Source of the DNA: a virus
Lineage: Duplodnaviria; Caudoviricetes
DNA: 64,000 nt
Virus record (IMG/VR): IMGVR_UViG_3300020577_013547
Coordinates: 313-64,312 of that record
Strand: one strand, 5' to 3'
In this document: positions 10,081 through 19,342 of the stretch, piece after piece
Layout of the letters: the number at the start of each line of letters is the position of its first letter
Numbering within the stretch: position 1 is the stretch's first letter
Made by a program: the position numbers and the translations under genes
The notes under the pieces: generated by a model
What the model was told of the DNA's origin: nothing
The model's input: only the letters and a program-made list of their open reading frames with translations
Databases searched by the model: none

Positions 10081-10448
10081 TACTTTCCCGTTGCTTCCTC
10101 GCTGTCCTTGTCGCTGATCCCACTGAGGGCCTTCGCACGGGCGAAGAGGTCCTTGACGATCGTGCTGCGGAGCGCTCGCACGAACGACTCTGTCACCTGC
10201 TCGCCTTCCTCAGTGTGCAGGCACCCAGCAACCAGGGTGAACTCCGCGTCGGCGAGGCCGTCGACGCCTGTCATTTCCGGCTTGTCGGCCGTTGCCTTGA
10301 AGCGAATGGCGCGCATCACCGCATTGCGGTAGCGAGCGCTCGTCGCGCCGTCAGCAGGCCGGAGTGTGTACTGACTCTTGCCGATGGTCACTGGGATGCT
10401 GACATCCTCATCCTCGAAGTGCATCGGCGTCAGGTCGATCTTCTGCAT
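10080..10448 (-). CDS. Tail assembly chaperone, gpG-like
   Basis: Between tail tube and tape measure; ends on slippery heptamer. Confidence 0.75.
   Translation of the reverse strand: MQKIDLTPMHFEDEDVSIPVTIGKSQYTLRPADGATSARYRNAVMRAIRFKATADKPEMTGVDGLADAEFTLVAGCLHTEEGEQVTESFVRALRSTIVKDLFARAKALSGISDKDSEEATGK
10083..10089 (-). other. Programmed -1 ribosomal frameshift site GGGAAAG
   Basis: ACG GGA AAG TAA at end of chaperone ORF; same heptamer as lambda G/T; -1 frame reads GKVMAER into next ORF. Confidence 0.8.
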
Positions 10449-10548
10449 ACAGCTCTCCAAGAGAAAATGCCTGCCCACTTGTACCCCAGGAGCTGTAAAC
10501 TGGAGTGCACGTGGCGCTCGTGCATGGGCAGGCGCACGCCATTTCGGG

Positions 10549-11022
10549 TCACGTGCCAGCCACGCTGGTCAGCACGGGTGCTTGCTCGGCGCCGCTCGAG
10601 TCGCGGTTCGTGGCCACGATCGTGAGCTTGGCCTCGGGATGTTTCCCTGGTTCCAGTGCATCCGGCTCGAACTTTGCGAAGTAGCCGAAGTACGCGAGCG
10701 TGGAGCCGTCGGAGAACGTGTGCGTGATCGTGGTCTTCACGTTCAGCAAAGACTTGACCGTATTGTACACGTTCGGGTCGTAGGCCACCGTCACGACCGA
10801 GTCGCCGATGTCGATGAGCGCACCAGGAGCCGCAGTGCGGACAGCCGAGTTGTGCATCGTGGTGATGTCGATCTTCGGGCCGCCGTCCATCGCCGGAGGC
10901 TGGACAGTTTTCTCCCAAAGCTCGACAGTCGGATTCAGGGCATTGGTGATCAGGGCACGGTAGCCGTTCTCGAGCATGAGCCCGGACGGCGTGCCGCGCG
11001 ACGTTGCAACTGGCGCACTCAT
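10549..11022 (-). CDS. Major tail tube protein
   Basis: IDITTMHN...PGALIDIGD...YDP...ITHTFSDGSTLAYFGY, lambda gpV-like pattern; high-expression codons. Confidence 0.8.
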   Translation of the reverse strand: MSAPVATSRGTPSGLMLENGYRALITNALNPTVELWEKTVQPPAMDGGPKIDITTMHNSAVRTAAPGALIDIGDSVVTVAYDPNVYNTVKSLLNVKTTITHTFSDGSTLAYFGYFAKFEPDALEPGKHPEAKLTIVATNRDSSGAEQAPVLTSVAGT

Positions 11023-11444
11023 TGCAAACTCCTCACTGAGACAGTGCAGCTCATCGTGTGGACAGTACGCTGGCTATCTGCCTTGCCAAGCGGATTCGGT
11101 GATGCTATCTCGGACACGCACACAACCAGGTACTGATTGCCGTCGACGTTGACGAGTTGGTTCAGCACACGCTGGCTCAACTCAGTAGCAATGTCGATGC
11201 ACTTCGAGAAACCCAGTTTTCGTTTCGAGCTTCGTACTCGAATCTGCAAATCCGCCGGCCCGATGAGCCTTCCTTGCATCACCTGCTCATTGGGACCTGC
11301 AACATCGTACACCGTAATCACGTCGTCCGGTTGCTCTGGTTCCATGCCGACCTGTACAGGCCAGCTGAGGCTCGTATCAATGTCGCTGCCAATGCCGCGG
11401 TCGATCAGCAACTGGCGAACGATTGCAGCAGGCGAATCCGTCAC
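11019..11444 (-). CDS. Tail terminator / minor capsid protein
   Basis: EPEQPDDVITVYD...LQIRVRS pattern and synteny. Confidence 0.7.
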   Translation of the reverse strand: MTDSPAAIVRQLLIDRGIGSDIDTSLSWPVQVGMEPEQPDDVITVYDVAGPNEQVMQGRLIGPADLQIRVRSSKRKLGFSKCIDIATELSQRVLNQLVNVDGNQYLVVCVSEIASPNPLGKADSQRTVHTMSCTVSVRSLQ

Positions 11445-11794
11445 TCGAGCCTCGTGAATGCACTGGCGCGTAGTGCGCCGGTCTTTACTGGAACGAGCAG
11501 CTGCGACTCACCCTGCAAGTACATGCCACCAGCCAACAGCGCTTGCTCGATCGTGGCTCCAGCCTTGAGCCTCGAAGTTATGACGTCTGCAATGTCCTTC
11601 CGAAGCAACTTTGCTGGCTGGCTGAGGTACAGTGCCTGCCCGTTGCTGTGGAAAGCTTCCAGGTCGTCATGCACTTTGACGGCATAGCTCTGGCTGTAGC
11701 CTACGACTGCAGCCTTGCCTTTGTACTTCTTGAGCTTGGCTTTGATCTTCGCAAAGAGCGATTCCTTGCCAAGCAATTCTGCCTTAGCGTGCAT
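11441..11794 (-). CDS. HK97 gp10-like tail completion protein
   Basis: YAVKVH, VPVKTGALRAS motif. Confidence 0.7.
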   Translation of the reverse strand: MHAKAELLGKESLFAKIKAKLKKYKGKAAVVGYSQSYAVKVHDDLEAFHSNGQALYLSQPAKLLRKDIADVITSRLKAGATIEQALLAGGMYLQGESQLLVPVKTGALRASAFTRLE

Positions 11795-12155
11795 TTGTGC
11801 GGTATCGCTTGAGGCTGTAGCTGTAGCGCGTGAACCGGTGCTTGATGTCAGTGCCGGTTCGCTCTACTGCAACCTCACAGAGCTCAGAGTCGTTGCTCGC
11901 AGAGCCAGTACCGAGCCACTCGTCCTCTGTACCCAGGTACATCAGCGAGCCGACTGGCACTTGTTGCCCAGTAACGACCTTCGCATCCAACGCGATCTTG
12001 TTGCCTTGTGCGTCTGTACTGTAGCTGCGAGTCCACGTCCAGCGTACGTCGATTTCAACCGGTGCTGCAAACGTCCTCTCGCTCTCGCTGTCAAGGCCGG
12101 TGTACTCGAGTAGCACAGCTTTCTGGTGCCGGTCCATTTCCTCGAGCGGTGGCAT
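11784..12155 (-). CDS. Head closure protein (putative)
   Basis: Synteny between adaptor and gp10-like gene. Confidence 0.55.
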   Translation of the reverse strand: MPPLEEMDRHQKAVLLEYTGLDSESERTFAAPVEIDVRWTWTRSYSTDAQGNKIALDAKVVTGQQVPVGSLMYLGTEDEWLGTGSASNDSELCEVAVERTGTDIKHRFTRYSYSLKRYRTNAR

Positions 12156-12568
12156 CAGCGGTCCTCGTACGGAATCTGCTCATCCGGAGTCTTGCCGAGC
12201 CAGAACCCACCAGCAAACTGCTGCAATGCAATGTTCTTGAGGCACCCGCTGCGGTCGAAGTCGAGTGCTTGTTGCCCGTATGGCGTGGCCTTCAAGCCTT
12301 CCCCTGGTTGGAAGGCGAAGCCGCCGCTTGAGTCAACTGTCGACCGGTTCGTGTATACTCGGTCACTCACACAGTAGTAATGCGCCGTCAACAGGCACTC
12401 AAGGAGCTCCAGCTCCGTAGCATCCAGGGTGACATCCTTGCCACCTGCGCACGTGTTGACGTTGTCGACCATCTTCGCTGCCATGCGCATTGGCATGATC
12501 AGCGAAGCGCCGGACTTGTAGTCGCCGCCGAGCAGCGACTGAACGTCGGATGCACTCGTCCTAGGCAT
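12155..12568 (-). CDS. Head-tail adaptor (putative)
   Basis: LTAHY...TPYGQQAL.FD motif typical of adaptor proteins. Confidence 0.6.
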   Translation of the reverse strand: MPRTSASDVQSLLGGDYKSGASLIMPMRMAAKMVDNVNTCAGGKDVTLDATELELLECLLTAHYYCVSDRVYTNRSTVDSSGGFAFQPGEGLKATPYGQQALDFDRSGCLKNIALQQFAGGFWLGKTPDEQIPYEDR

Positions 12569-12923
12569 TCTGCGATGCTCGGATGGCGTCGATCAGGCTT
12601 TGGCGTTCGTACTCCACACCGTCTTGGAGTTGAATCTCCAGCTCCAGGGCGGCCTTCCGGAGGTCTGCATCGCTCATGCTGTCGAGCGGGTCAGGCCCCG
12701 GAGCGACCGGCTTGGGTTTCGGTTTGGTAGAGACCTCGGTGCCGCCCGCGCGGGACGACTGCTTGACCTTCGCGTCGTCCGGCATCCGCATGAACTTGTC
12801 GGCCATGTCTGGCCGCTTGGAGAAGTCCGTGTCCGATTCGAACACGTCGTTCTTCTGGTAAGTTCGCTCGACGCCGTCGGCATCGAGTTGCGTATGCGAG
12901 CCACCAACGTTTCGCCACTTCAT
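12561..12923 (-). CDS. Hypothetical head-associated protein with C-terminal Rho-N/HeH-like helix pair
   Basis: LDSMSDADLRKAALEL...RQSLIDAI. Confidence 0.45.
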   Translation of the reverse strand: MKWRNVGGSHTQLDADGVERTYQKNDVFESDTDFSKRPDMADKFMRMPDDAKVKQSSRAGGTEVSTKPKPKPVAPGPDPLDSMSDADLRKAALELEIQLQDGVEYERQSLIDAIRASQNA

Positions 12924-12935
12924 GTCAGCTCCTTG

Positions 12936-13217
12936 TCACAGCAGGGCGAGGATCAGCGGAAGGACCTTCACGAGGAAGGCCAGGATCTTGCCATCACCGA
13001 TGGCATCGGCGCCGGCTTGCATCTGATTGCATGCCGCCATGAGGTCGGTGCATGCTTGCTGCAGCTCGGCCTTGTCGATCGTGTCGGCCGTGCCTTGCAG
13101 GCCGTACACGAGGTCGAATGCAGACTGCTGCAGCTTGATTTCCAGTTGCCAGGCGGTCTTGTAGTCGCCGGCTACGATCGCGTCCTTGAGCGCGATCACG
13201 TCCTTCACGATGCCCAT
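12936..13217 (-). CDS. Hypothetical protein with hydrophobic C terminus
   Basis: ILAFLVKVLPLILALL tail; phage-like codon usage. Confidence 0.55.
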   Translation of the reverse strand: MGIVKDVIALKDAIVAGDYKTAWQLEIKLQQSAFDLVYGLQGTADTIDKAELQQACTDLMAACNQMQAGADAIGDGKILAFLVKVLPLILALL

Positions 13218-13226
13218 GGCTTGTCC

Positions 13227-13442
13227 TTACTGCTTCTTTGGCGCAGGCTTCACTGGAGCAACGAGCACCGGCGGTGCCTGTGCCGGCTTGATGAGGGCGA
13301 TCTTGGGTGCACTGGTCGTTGGCGAGCACTTGCCGTTCGCACAGCTGCTCGTGGTCGTCGTGCGACTGCGCCGCAGGATGCCAGCATCGGCGTCACTGCA
13401 GAGCAGGAACATCGTCGTGAGGGCGAAGATCGCTTTCTTCAT
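13227..13442 (-). CDS. Small secreted protein
   Basis: Signal peptide MKKAIFALTTMFLLCSDADA; GAGGAG RBS; CxxGxC. Confidence 0.55.
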   Translation of the reverse strand: MKKAIFALTTMFLLCSDADAGILRRSRTTTTSSCANGKCSPTTSAPKIALIKPAQAPPVLVAPVKPAPKKQ

Positions 13443-13686
13443 GGCCTGTTACTCCTCGGGCTGCGTTGTAGTGCCACCAAATGCGTAGGCACTTCGGGTT
13501 GTCGCACTGATGCGTGTGCCACGTATCGTGCGACTCGAGCACTGGCGTCCGCATGCGACCGCGCCCGCAGCCATCGCATGTGTGGTCGCCATCATAAGGC
13601 ACCGGCTCAGGCGGTGGCTCTGGAGCCTGTGGCGGCTTCGGAGGCAAAGCGAGCAGCCCAGCAACCAGAAACTCTCTACGCTGCAC
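13393..13686 (-). CDS. Small Zn-finger protein with Tat-like N terminus
   Basis: GTG start QRREFLVAGLLAL; CDGC...HQCDNPKC. Confidence 0.35.
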   Translation of the reverse strand: MQRREFLVAGLLALPPKPPQAPEPPPEPVPYDGDHTCDGCGRGRMRTPVLESHDTWHTHQCDNPKCLRIWWHYNAARGVTGHEESDLRPHDDVPALQ

Positions 13687-14545
13687 TTGCCACCCGCGGC
13701 GCCGTGCCGCCATTGAGCAGTGCCTTGGAACCCTGGAGGTCAGCTTCACCGAGGTCGCCCCAGTCATCGCTCCAAGAGTTCCAGATCTTCTTGCCGAAGG
13801 CGGCAGAGTACACTGCCACGTCATTGGCGTTGTTGAAGTCGAGGGAGCCGAGGTCCGTGCCGTCGTAGGCTGGCGTGCCGCCAGCCTCGAGGCCGATGAG
13901 CGTCGCATCGAGCACTGCAACCGAGTGGCCCCACCAGTTGAAGTCGCCGATCAGCGGGATGCCGCTAAGCAGCACCGTCATCGCTTGATCTTCAGTGAGG
14001 TTGCGGTTGTACACTGGCTTGTCGAGGTCCTGCCAAGCTTCCGTGATCTTGTACTTGGCCGCATTGGCACGCATGTCCCGCGTGTCGTTGGACCGATTCA
14101 TGGATTGCTCGGCCCAGAAGCGTTCCTCGCACTGGCCGGTCTGCATGATGAACTCGAGCGCCTGCGCGCCCCAGCCACCCTGGTTCTGGTAGTTCTTGAT
14201 GAGGCAGCCAACCATGAAGGCCGACAGTCGCACGTGCGGCTGGCCCATGATGGCGCGGATGAGCACGTGGCAACCAGTGGCCGAGTGGTTCCAGCAGTAG
14301 CCAATCCGTCCCTGGTTGTAGGAGCGAATCGGCTTGCCGTTGTCAGCACTGCGGCGAATGTCGCTCAAGCGACTCTTGCTCGCGAACTTGTCCTTGATGC
14401 GCTCAGCCCACTCATCGCGCGGGATGAGCGGCATGCTGAATGCCTCGACTGCAGGGCTGGAGTAGCTCGGCGGTGGAGCCACGAAGCCAGTTCCGCCCTC
14501 GCGAGGTACAGCAGTTGTATCGTCGATGATGTACATACAGCTCAC
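13676..14545 (-). CDS. Papain-like cysteine peptidase (C1 family)
   Basis: NQGRIGYCW (Gln/Cys), WGHSVAV (His), WNSWSDDWG (Asn) catalytic motifs. Confidence 0.8.
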   Translation of the reverse strand: MSCMYIIDDTTAVPREGGTGFVAPPPSYSSPAVEAFSMPLIPRDEWAERIKDKFASKSRLSDIRRSADNGKPIRSYNQGRIGYCWNHSATGCHVLIRAIMGQPHVRLSAFMVGCLIKNYQNQGGWGAQALEFIMQTGQCEERFWAEQSMNRSNDTRDMRANAAKYKITEAWQDLDKPVYNRNLTEDQAMTVLLSGIPLIGDFNWWGHSVAVLDATLIGLEAGGTPAYDGTDLGSLDFNNANDVAVYSAAFGKKIWNSWSDDWGDLGEADLQGSKALLNGGTAPRVASAA

Positions 14546-15324
14546 TCTCCATACTTCTGCAGGAGCTTCAGCATTTCACCGGCACCGGCAGGCAATGGGC
14601 CTTCGAAGCCAGTCTTGCCATTGGACACGATGATCCAGGGTGTCTGCTTGCCCTTGGCTCGCTTCAAAGCATCTTGCCACAGCTGACTTTCAGCCGTAGC
14701 ATCGACGTCCTTGTCCCACATTCGCCATTGAGCAGTGCCTTCGACTTTCGGGCATGTTGCATTCAGGTAGTCACGAACCGACTTGCTGTAGATGCTCTGC
14801 TGCAGCGATGCACTGTAGGTTGCGAGGTCTGCAGACTCGTACACGACGAGCACATGCAGGCCTTCAGCCTTGATGGGTGCATCGTCTGTAGGCTTCGGCT
14901 TCGGAGCAGGCGGAGGCTGAGCACCGGTGTTCGCTTCGATCAGCCGTCGGACGATTGCGTTTGCATTGTCCACGCCCTTCGGAACGATGATCAGCTCCGT
15001 GGAACCAGTGGACTTGGGCGTGACCTCGTAGATGAACTTGCCAGCGAATGTCTTGGACTCGAGCTTGCCACTGCCGCCAGCAAAGCGAGTCCGAAGCATG
15101 TACGGGCCAGCAATTGGTTTGGCGACGTCGACGATGCCTTCCTTCGTCTGCAGGATGAACAGCTCGACGTCGCTGTCGATGACGTCTGTCTCGTCAGCAC
15201 CGAGCTTGACTGGTGCGTTGGGTGCTGGTGCAGGCGGCTCGACGCGCGGCGGAGCCACTGGCTGCAGGAAGCGAATGGCTGGCTCAGCAGGAGGAGCCAG
15301 GAGCATGAACACGAGAGCAAGCAT
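14542..15324 (-). CDS. Secreted protein with Pro-rich linkers
   Basis: N-terminal hydrophobic signal; PPPAPKPKP linker; C-terminal TPWIIVSNG...GPLP domain. Confidence 0.55.
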   Translation of the reverse strand: MLALVFMLLAPPAEPAIRFLQPVAPPRVEPPAPAPNAPVKLGADETDVIDSDVELFILQTKEGIVDVAKPIAGPYMLRTRFAGGSGKLESKTFAGKFIYEVTPKSTGSTELIIVPKGVDNANAIVRRLIEANTGAQPPPAPKPKPTDDAPIKAEGLHVLVVYESADLATYSASLQQSIYSKSVRDYLNATCPKVEGTAQWRMWDKDVDATAESQLWQDALKRAKGKQTPWIIVSNGKTGFEGPLPAGAGEMLKLLQKYGE

Positions 15325-15334
15325 CTACAGCTCC

Positions 15335-15763
15335 TTACTTACTGGCAACGAGTTCCTTGATCGCTTCGGTGTTCGCATTCACAACGGTCCAGATCTTGGA
15401 CCGATCAGCCTCCGACTGAGCATGCGCTTCCCTGCAGTGCTCGAGCTCAGCTGTGATTCGTGCGGTGTTCTCTTCGCATTGAGCATGGTTGGTTGCAAGC
15501 ACTTCGAGCTTGCTGTCAAACTCGAGCTTGGCGCGAGCGACACTCGCTTCTGCTTCGATCTTGGCTCGTGCGATCACCGCATCTGCTTCGAGCCTTGCTT
15601 TCACTGAAGCAACTTCCGACAGCTGCTTGCGATTCTCCGCCCACTTGTTCACTATCAGTGTTATCGCTGGGACCAGCAGAATCGTGCACACTGACAGAAT
15701 CAGGGACGTATTCGCAGTGGTAGCAGCCGTAGCTGCCACCACCGCCTCGTCTGCAAAGAGCAT
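15335..15763 (-). CDS. Holin-like single-TM coiled-coil protein
   Basis: LILSVCTILLVPAITLIV transmembrane segment then heptad coil; first gene after capsid. Confidence 0.45.
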   Translation of the reverse strand: MLFADEAVVAATAATTANTSLILSVCTILLVPAITLIVNKWAENRKQLSEVASVKARLEADAVIARAKIEAEASVARAKLEFDSKLEVLATNHAQCEENTARITAELEHCREAHAQSEADRSKIWTVVNANTEAIKELVASK

Positions 15764-15776
15764 CCGTCGCTCCTTA

Positions 15777-16979
15777 TCAGGCCGTGGTTCCGTGAAGGAT
15801 GCCGCAGTTGCCGTAGTAGTCAGCCTTCAGCCGCGGGACGTTGATGCACATCACGCGGAAGTTGATCTTCTGGCCGCCGTGTGATTCCCACTGGATCGTC
15901 GTGATATCCATGCCGTTGATGGCCTCGCAGACGTCGGGCGTCATCTGCACCATCAGCGTCGTGAACAGGTTGGACGAAGCAGGAGCACCCACGTCTGTCG
16001 CCGCCGTGCCTTGCATCAAGTCGAGCCGCTTCACGTCGGTGAAGCCGTCGATCGCCTTGAGGCGGTCTCGGAGCGTCATGCTCGCGTTGTTGCCGCCGAG
16101 CCGGGCGTAGTCGTTGTCGAGGTACAGGTCCCAGTCGGTCGAGTGGTAGACCATGAAGGGACCGTAGAACTTGTTGTTGAACAACTGGTTCCGGGCCGCG
16201 AGGTAGTCCGCGACGGTCACTTCCGGGTTGGACCCGGTCGGTACCGTGAAGTTCGTCTTGGTGAGGCGGCTGGTGAAGTTCGTGTAGCCGTACACCTTCG
16301 ACGTACGGCCATAGCCGCCGACGTAGGTAGACGCACCACCGTAAGTCACGCCTGTCTCGTTGCCGATGGTGGTCCGCTCGACCGTTTCGGCGACTCGCCG
16401 ACCAGCCGCTTCGGCCATCGTGGTATCCAGGGGAGACCCACCGTTGCGCGAGATCAGCAACCGGCGCCGGCTCATCCAGAACGCGGACTGCGTGATCGGC
16501 AGTGGCGTGCCTTCGAGCTGGTTCTTGGGCGTGTCGTTGGTCTGCGGATCGGTGATGCCGTCCATGTCCACCGTGACCGACCCTGGATCGCTCTGAGTCT
16601 CGTACTCGAGGATCATCTTCGACATGCCGTCGAAGCCGGTCACTGGGCACGCCGCCATGAGGTCGGCCCAGGCACGAAGCCGGTACCGCGCGGCCTTGGT
16701 GACTCGTGCATCGAGCTGCAGCCACTCCTCCTTGCGGAGTACGGTGGCATTGAACACTGGGCTGTCGATGCCCATGTTCCGCAGATCTGCGATGCGAACG
16801 TTCTGCTTGATGGGCGCGCCCGAGTTCGGGTCGAAGCGACCGCTGTTGACGGTGACGCAGGCCTGCCCCTTCTTGTCGAAGTATGGCCGCATCATGCCGG
16901 GGTCGAAGCGAACGCTGGCGAGTGTTTCGCCAACCTCGCCATGCCCCTGGCCGTTGAGCACAAAGTCCTGCGTGAACAT
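15777..16979 (-). CDS. Major capsid protein (linocin/HK97-fold type)
   Basis: NATVLRKEEWLQLD...ARYRLRAWADL motif; 400 aa; strongest codon bias; position after decoration gene. Confidence 0.8.
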   Translation of the reverse strand: MFTQDFVLNGQGHGEVGETLASVRFDPGMMRPYFDKKGQACVTVNSGRFDPNSGAPIKQNVRIADLRNMGIDSPVFNATVLRKEEWLQLDARVTKAARYRLRAWADLMAACPVTGFDGMSKMILEYETQSDPGSVTVDMDGITDPQTNDTPKNQLEGTPLPITQSAFWMSRRRLLISRNGGSPLDTTMAEAAGRRVAETVERTTIGNETGVTYGGASTYVGGYGRTSKVYGYTNFTSRLTKTNFTVPTGSNPEVTVADYLAARNQLFNNKFYGPFMVYHSTDWDLYLDNDYARLGGNNASMTLRDRLKAIDGFTDVKRLDLMQGTAATDVGAPASSNLFTTLMVQMTPDVCEAINGMDITTIQWESHGGQKINFRVMCINVPRLKADYYGNCGILHGTTA

Positions 16980-17013
16980 GAGGCGCGTCTCCAGTGATGT
17001 CGAGTTTCAGCTC

Positions 17014-17481
17014 TCAGCCAGTGAACTTGGTCCAGAGCAGGTAGTCCGCTGCCGGATCGGTGATCGCTTCCAGTGCGATGAAGCACGGGTAGGCGTAGCT
17101 GCTGTTGGCCTTCAGCTTGCCTGTGACCGTCTCGACACCGAACAGGTCGCCGATGGCCACGTCGTCCGCGGTACCGGAGACGTCTGCCACGAGCATGTTG
17201 AGGTCTTCGCCGGCGACCGGGCAATACAGCTTGCAGCGAGTGCCGCTCACGTATGCCGTCTCGCGGGTGAAGCCTTGCAGATCGTCCGGCAGGAGCACGG
17301 CGATGAGGCCGATGGCGCCGGTGGCACGAGTCACGGCGCGCCATGTGAAGCGCCCGCCGACTGGCGAGGTTCCCGCCACAATCTCCATGACTGTGCCGGG
17401 CTTCGGGGTGCCGGAGACGATGCCTTCGAGGAACACGCCTCGTGGCTCGCTGGCACAGATGATGTCGCTGCCCTTGGACAT
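17014..17481 (-). CDS. Head decoration/cement protein
   Basis: Between protease-scaffold and capsid; PGTVM...GEDLNML pattern. Confidence 0.6.
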   Translation of the reverse strand: MSKGSDIICASEPRGVFLEGIVSGTPKPGTVMEIVAGTSPVGGRFTWRAVTRATGAIGLIAVLLPDDLQGFTRETAYVSGTRCKLYCPVAGEDLNMLVADVSGTADDVAIGDLFGVETVTGKLKANSSYAYPCFIALEAITDPAADYLLWTKFTG

Positions 17482-17513
17482 TGAAGCACTCCGTATCGTG
17501 GTGTCTTGTCAGC

Positions 17514-19298
17514 TCAGGCGGATTGGCTCCAGTTCATGACCGGCAGCGGGAGGATGTCCTTCTCGTCCACGACGCTGGCAGCATTGTTGGCAGGCACGGC
17601 AGGAGCAGTGCCAGCGAAGTTGTTGCGCGCCGGCGGTACGATCTGCGAGGCCAAGGTTCGGAGTGCCGGAAGGTCCATCTTGTCGTACACGGCGGCGAGT
17701 GCTTCCTTGTTCTCAGCGTTGCCAACGAGCTTGGTGATGCACGCCTTGCGCTCGTCTGCAACGACGGCCATCGCGTTGTTGACAGCCACCTGGACTCCAG
17801 GTGGTGCCGATGCGAGCCACTCGGCATCCGTCATTGGCTTCTTGTTCACGTTGTCAATGATGCGCTGGATTTGTTCGTCGCTCATGCCTTTGCAGTTGGC
17901 AGTGAGCTCTTCGAGCTTCGAAGGCATGGTGACGGTCTCCTGGTTGGTTGTGAGTTTACTTTTGAGCCGGCCCAAAGCCTCTGCAGGCGTAGCAGACCTG
18001 CCACTGTCCCTGAAGGCTTTGCCTTTGCCTTTATGCAATGCGGTGTACGAACCATCGTGCGGGTCTTTTTGCAAGCTCACTTCACGTTTGCCATGCTCGT
18101 TCTTAGGCAAACTCGGGTGGCTGATTACGTGAATGTCGTGCCCGTACGTGCCAGTGTATCGTTTAAGCTTTGCGCCGGCGCCAATATGCTTGGCAGCACT
18201 ATCAGTTACTGCGCCATCTGCTTCGTGTGCTTGCTGTTTGGCACCAGCCTTCTTGCATACGCCAGGCTTGCCTGTCGCTTTGCAGTTGGCAACCATGTTG
18301 AGCGTTGCGTACGCTGCTACGTGAGCTTTAGCAGCAGCTTTGTGCTGCTTCACAGCCTTCTTGGTTGCGAGAGCTTCCTCTGGGCTCGCCGGTTCCACAG
18401 CGAACTTCTTGCCGACGAGCTGTCTGATTGCATGGCCGTGTGCTCGAGCTGCCTCCATATGCTTCTGTTTTGCAGATGCATCGCCTTGCAGCGTCGCACT
18501 GAATGCAGCGTCTGACGCTTTATGCGCTGTCTGATCGCCAAGCTCAGCTTTTCTACGGGTAGCTTTGGCACCCATAGCCCGCTTACGTGCCAAAAGCGCA
18601 GCCTGCCGTGCAGCTGCAGAGAATGCATTCGCTGTGATGCCTCGCTCTTCGAGCTTATGCATGGTGGCTCCCACACTGTTAGTACGCAGCTCCCGCTTGG
18701 CCTTGACGTTCTTCGGCCGCTTGCTGCGGTCGAAAGCATCCTTGTCTGCCTTGCGACGCACGTTGTGCACGCCACACCCATGCTTGATGCCACATGCTCC
18801 CTCTTGGTCCGGGAGGATTGCAATGTGGTCTGGGCGGTAGTTGCGTGCTACGAGTACGTCGCCTTCAAGCATGTTGTCCGTGAACAGGCCGGTAGAGAGC
18901 TCGATTGGCTTGCGAGCCTTCAGCCGAGGTAGGATGCGGTGCTGTTCCGGAAGTGTTGCATCGACTGCTCGCACTCGCTCGACGTCAAAGCATCCTTCAG
19001 CATGCAACTTGGACTTGAAGCCAGCATTGCGCGTGAAGCCTATGCCGGACTTCTCCAGTACACCTGGATGCGTGACACTGACTGGCTTGCCATTCTCCGT
19101 CGGATGATAGACGACGAGCGGGACTTTGTCCCATCGCTCAGGGCCCTTCGCGACCTCGTCCTCTGGATACTTGAGTGCACCCTTCGAGCCTGCGAGCACT
19201 CCCGGCACGATCAGCGAGAGCGGCGCAACGATGTGCTTGCGCCCGTCGATCACTTCGACGCGCGCTCGGCCCATTGCGTTGACCGCCAGGTGTTCCAT
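17514..19298 (-). CDS. DUF2213 capsid maturation protease/scaffold with internal basic insert
   Basis: IVPGVL.GS, VPLVVYHP, RPDHIAILPDQEGACG; start ATG 19298 fits upstream promoter. Confidence 0.75.
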   Translation of the reverse strand: MEHLAVNAMGRARVEVIDGRKHIVAPLSLIVPGVLAGSKGALKYPEDEVAKGPERWDKVPLVVYHPTENGKPVSVTHPGVLEKSGIGFTRNAGFKSKLHAEGCFDVERVRAVDATLPEQHRILPRLKARKPIELSTGLFTDNMLEGDVLVARNYRPDHIAILPDQEGACGIKHGCGVHNVRRKADKDAFDRSKRPKNVKAKRELRTNSVGATMHKLEERGITANAFSAAARQAALLARKRAMGAKATRRKAELGDQTAHKASDAAFSATLQGDASAKQKHMEAARAHGHAIRQLVGKKFAVEPASPEEALATKKAVKQHKAAAKAHVAAYATLNMVANCKATGKPGVCKKAGAKQQAHEADGAVTDSAAKHIGAGAKLKRYTGTYGHDIHVISHPSLPKNEHGKREVSLQKDPHDGSYTALHKGKGKAFRDSGRSATPAEALGRLKSKLTTNQETVTMPSKLEELTANCKGMSDEQIQRIIDNVNKKPMTDAEWLASAPPGVQVAVNNAMAVVADERKACITKLVGNAENKEALAAVYDKMDLPALRTLASQIVPPARNNFAGTAPAVPANNAASVVDEKDILPLPVMNWSQSA

Positions 19299-19305
19299 GG
19301 TGGAG

Positions 19306-19334
19306 AGTGTATCATAACTCTCGTCACATGTCAA
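19306..19334 (-). promoter_or_regulatory. Sigma70-type promoter for head operon
   Basis: TTGACA-17-TACACT with extended TG; ends 7 nt before ATG 19298. Confidence 0.65.
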
Positions 19335-19342
19335 TCAAACGC

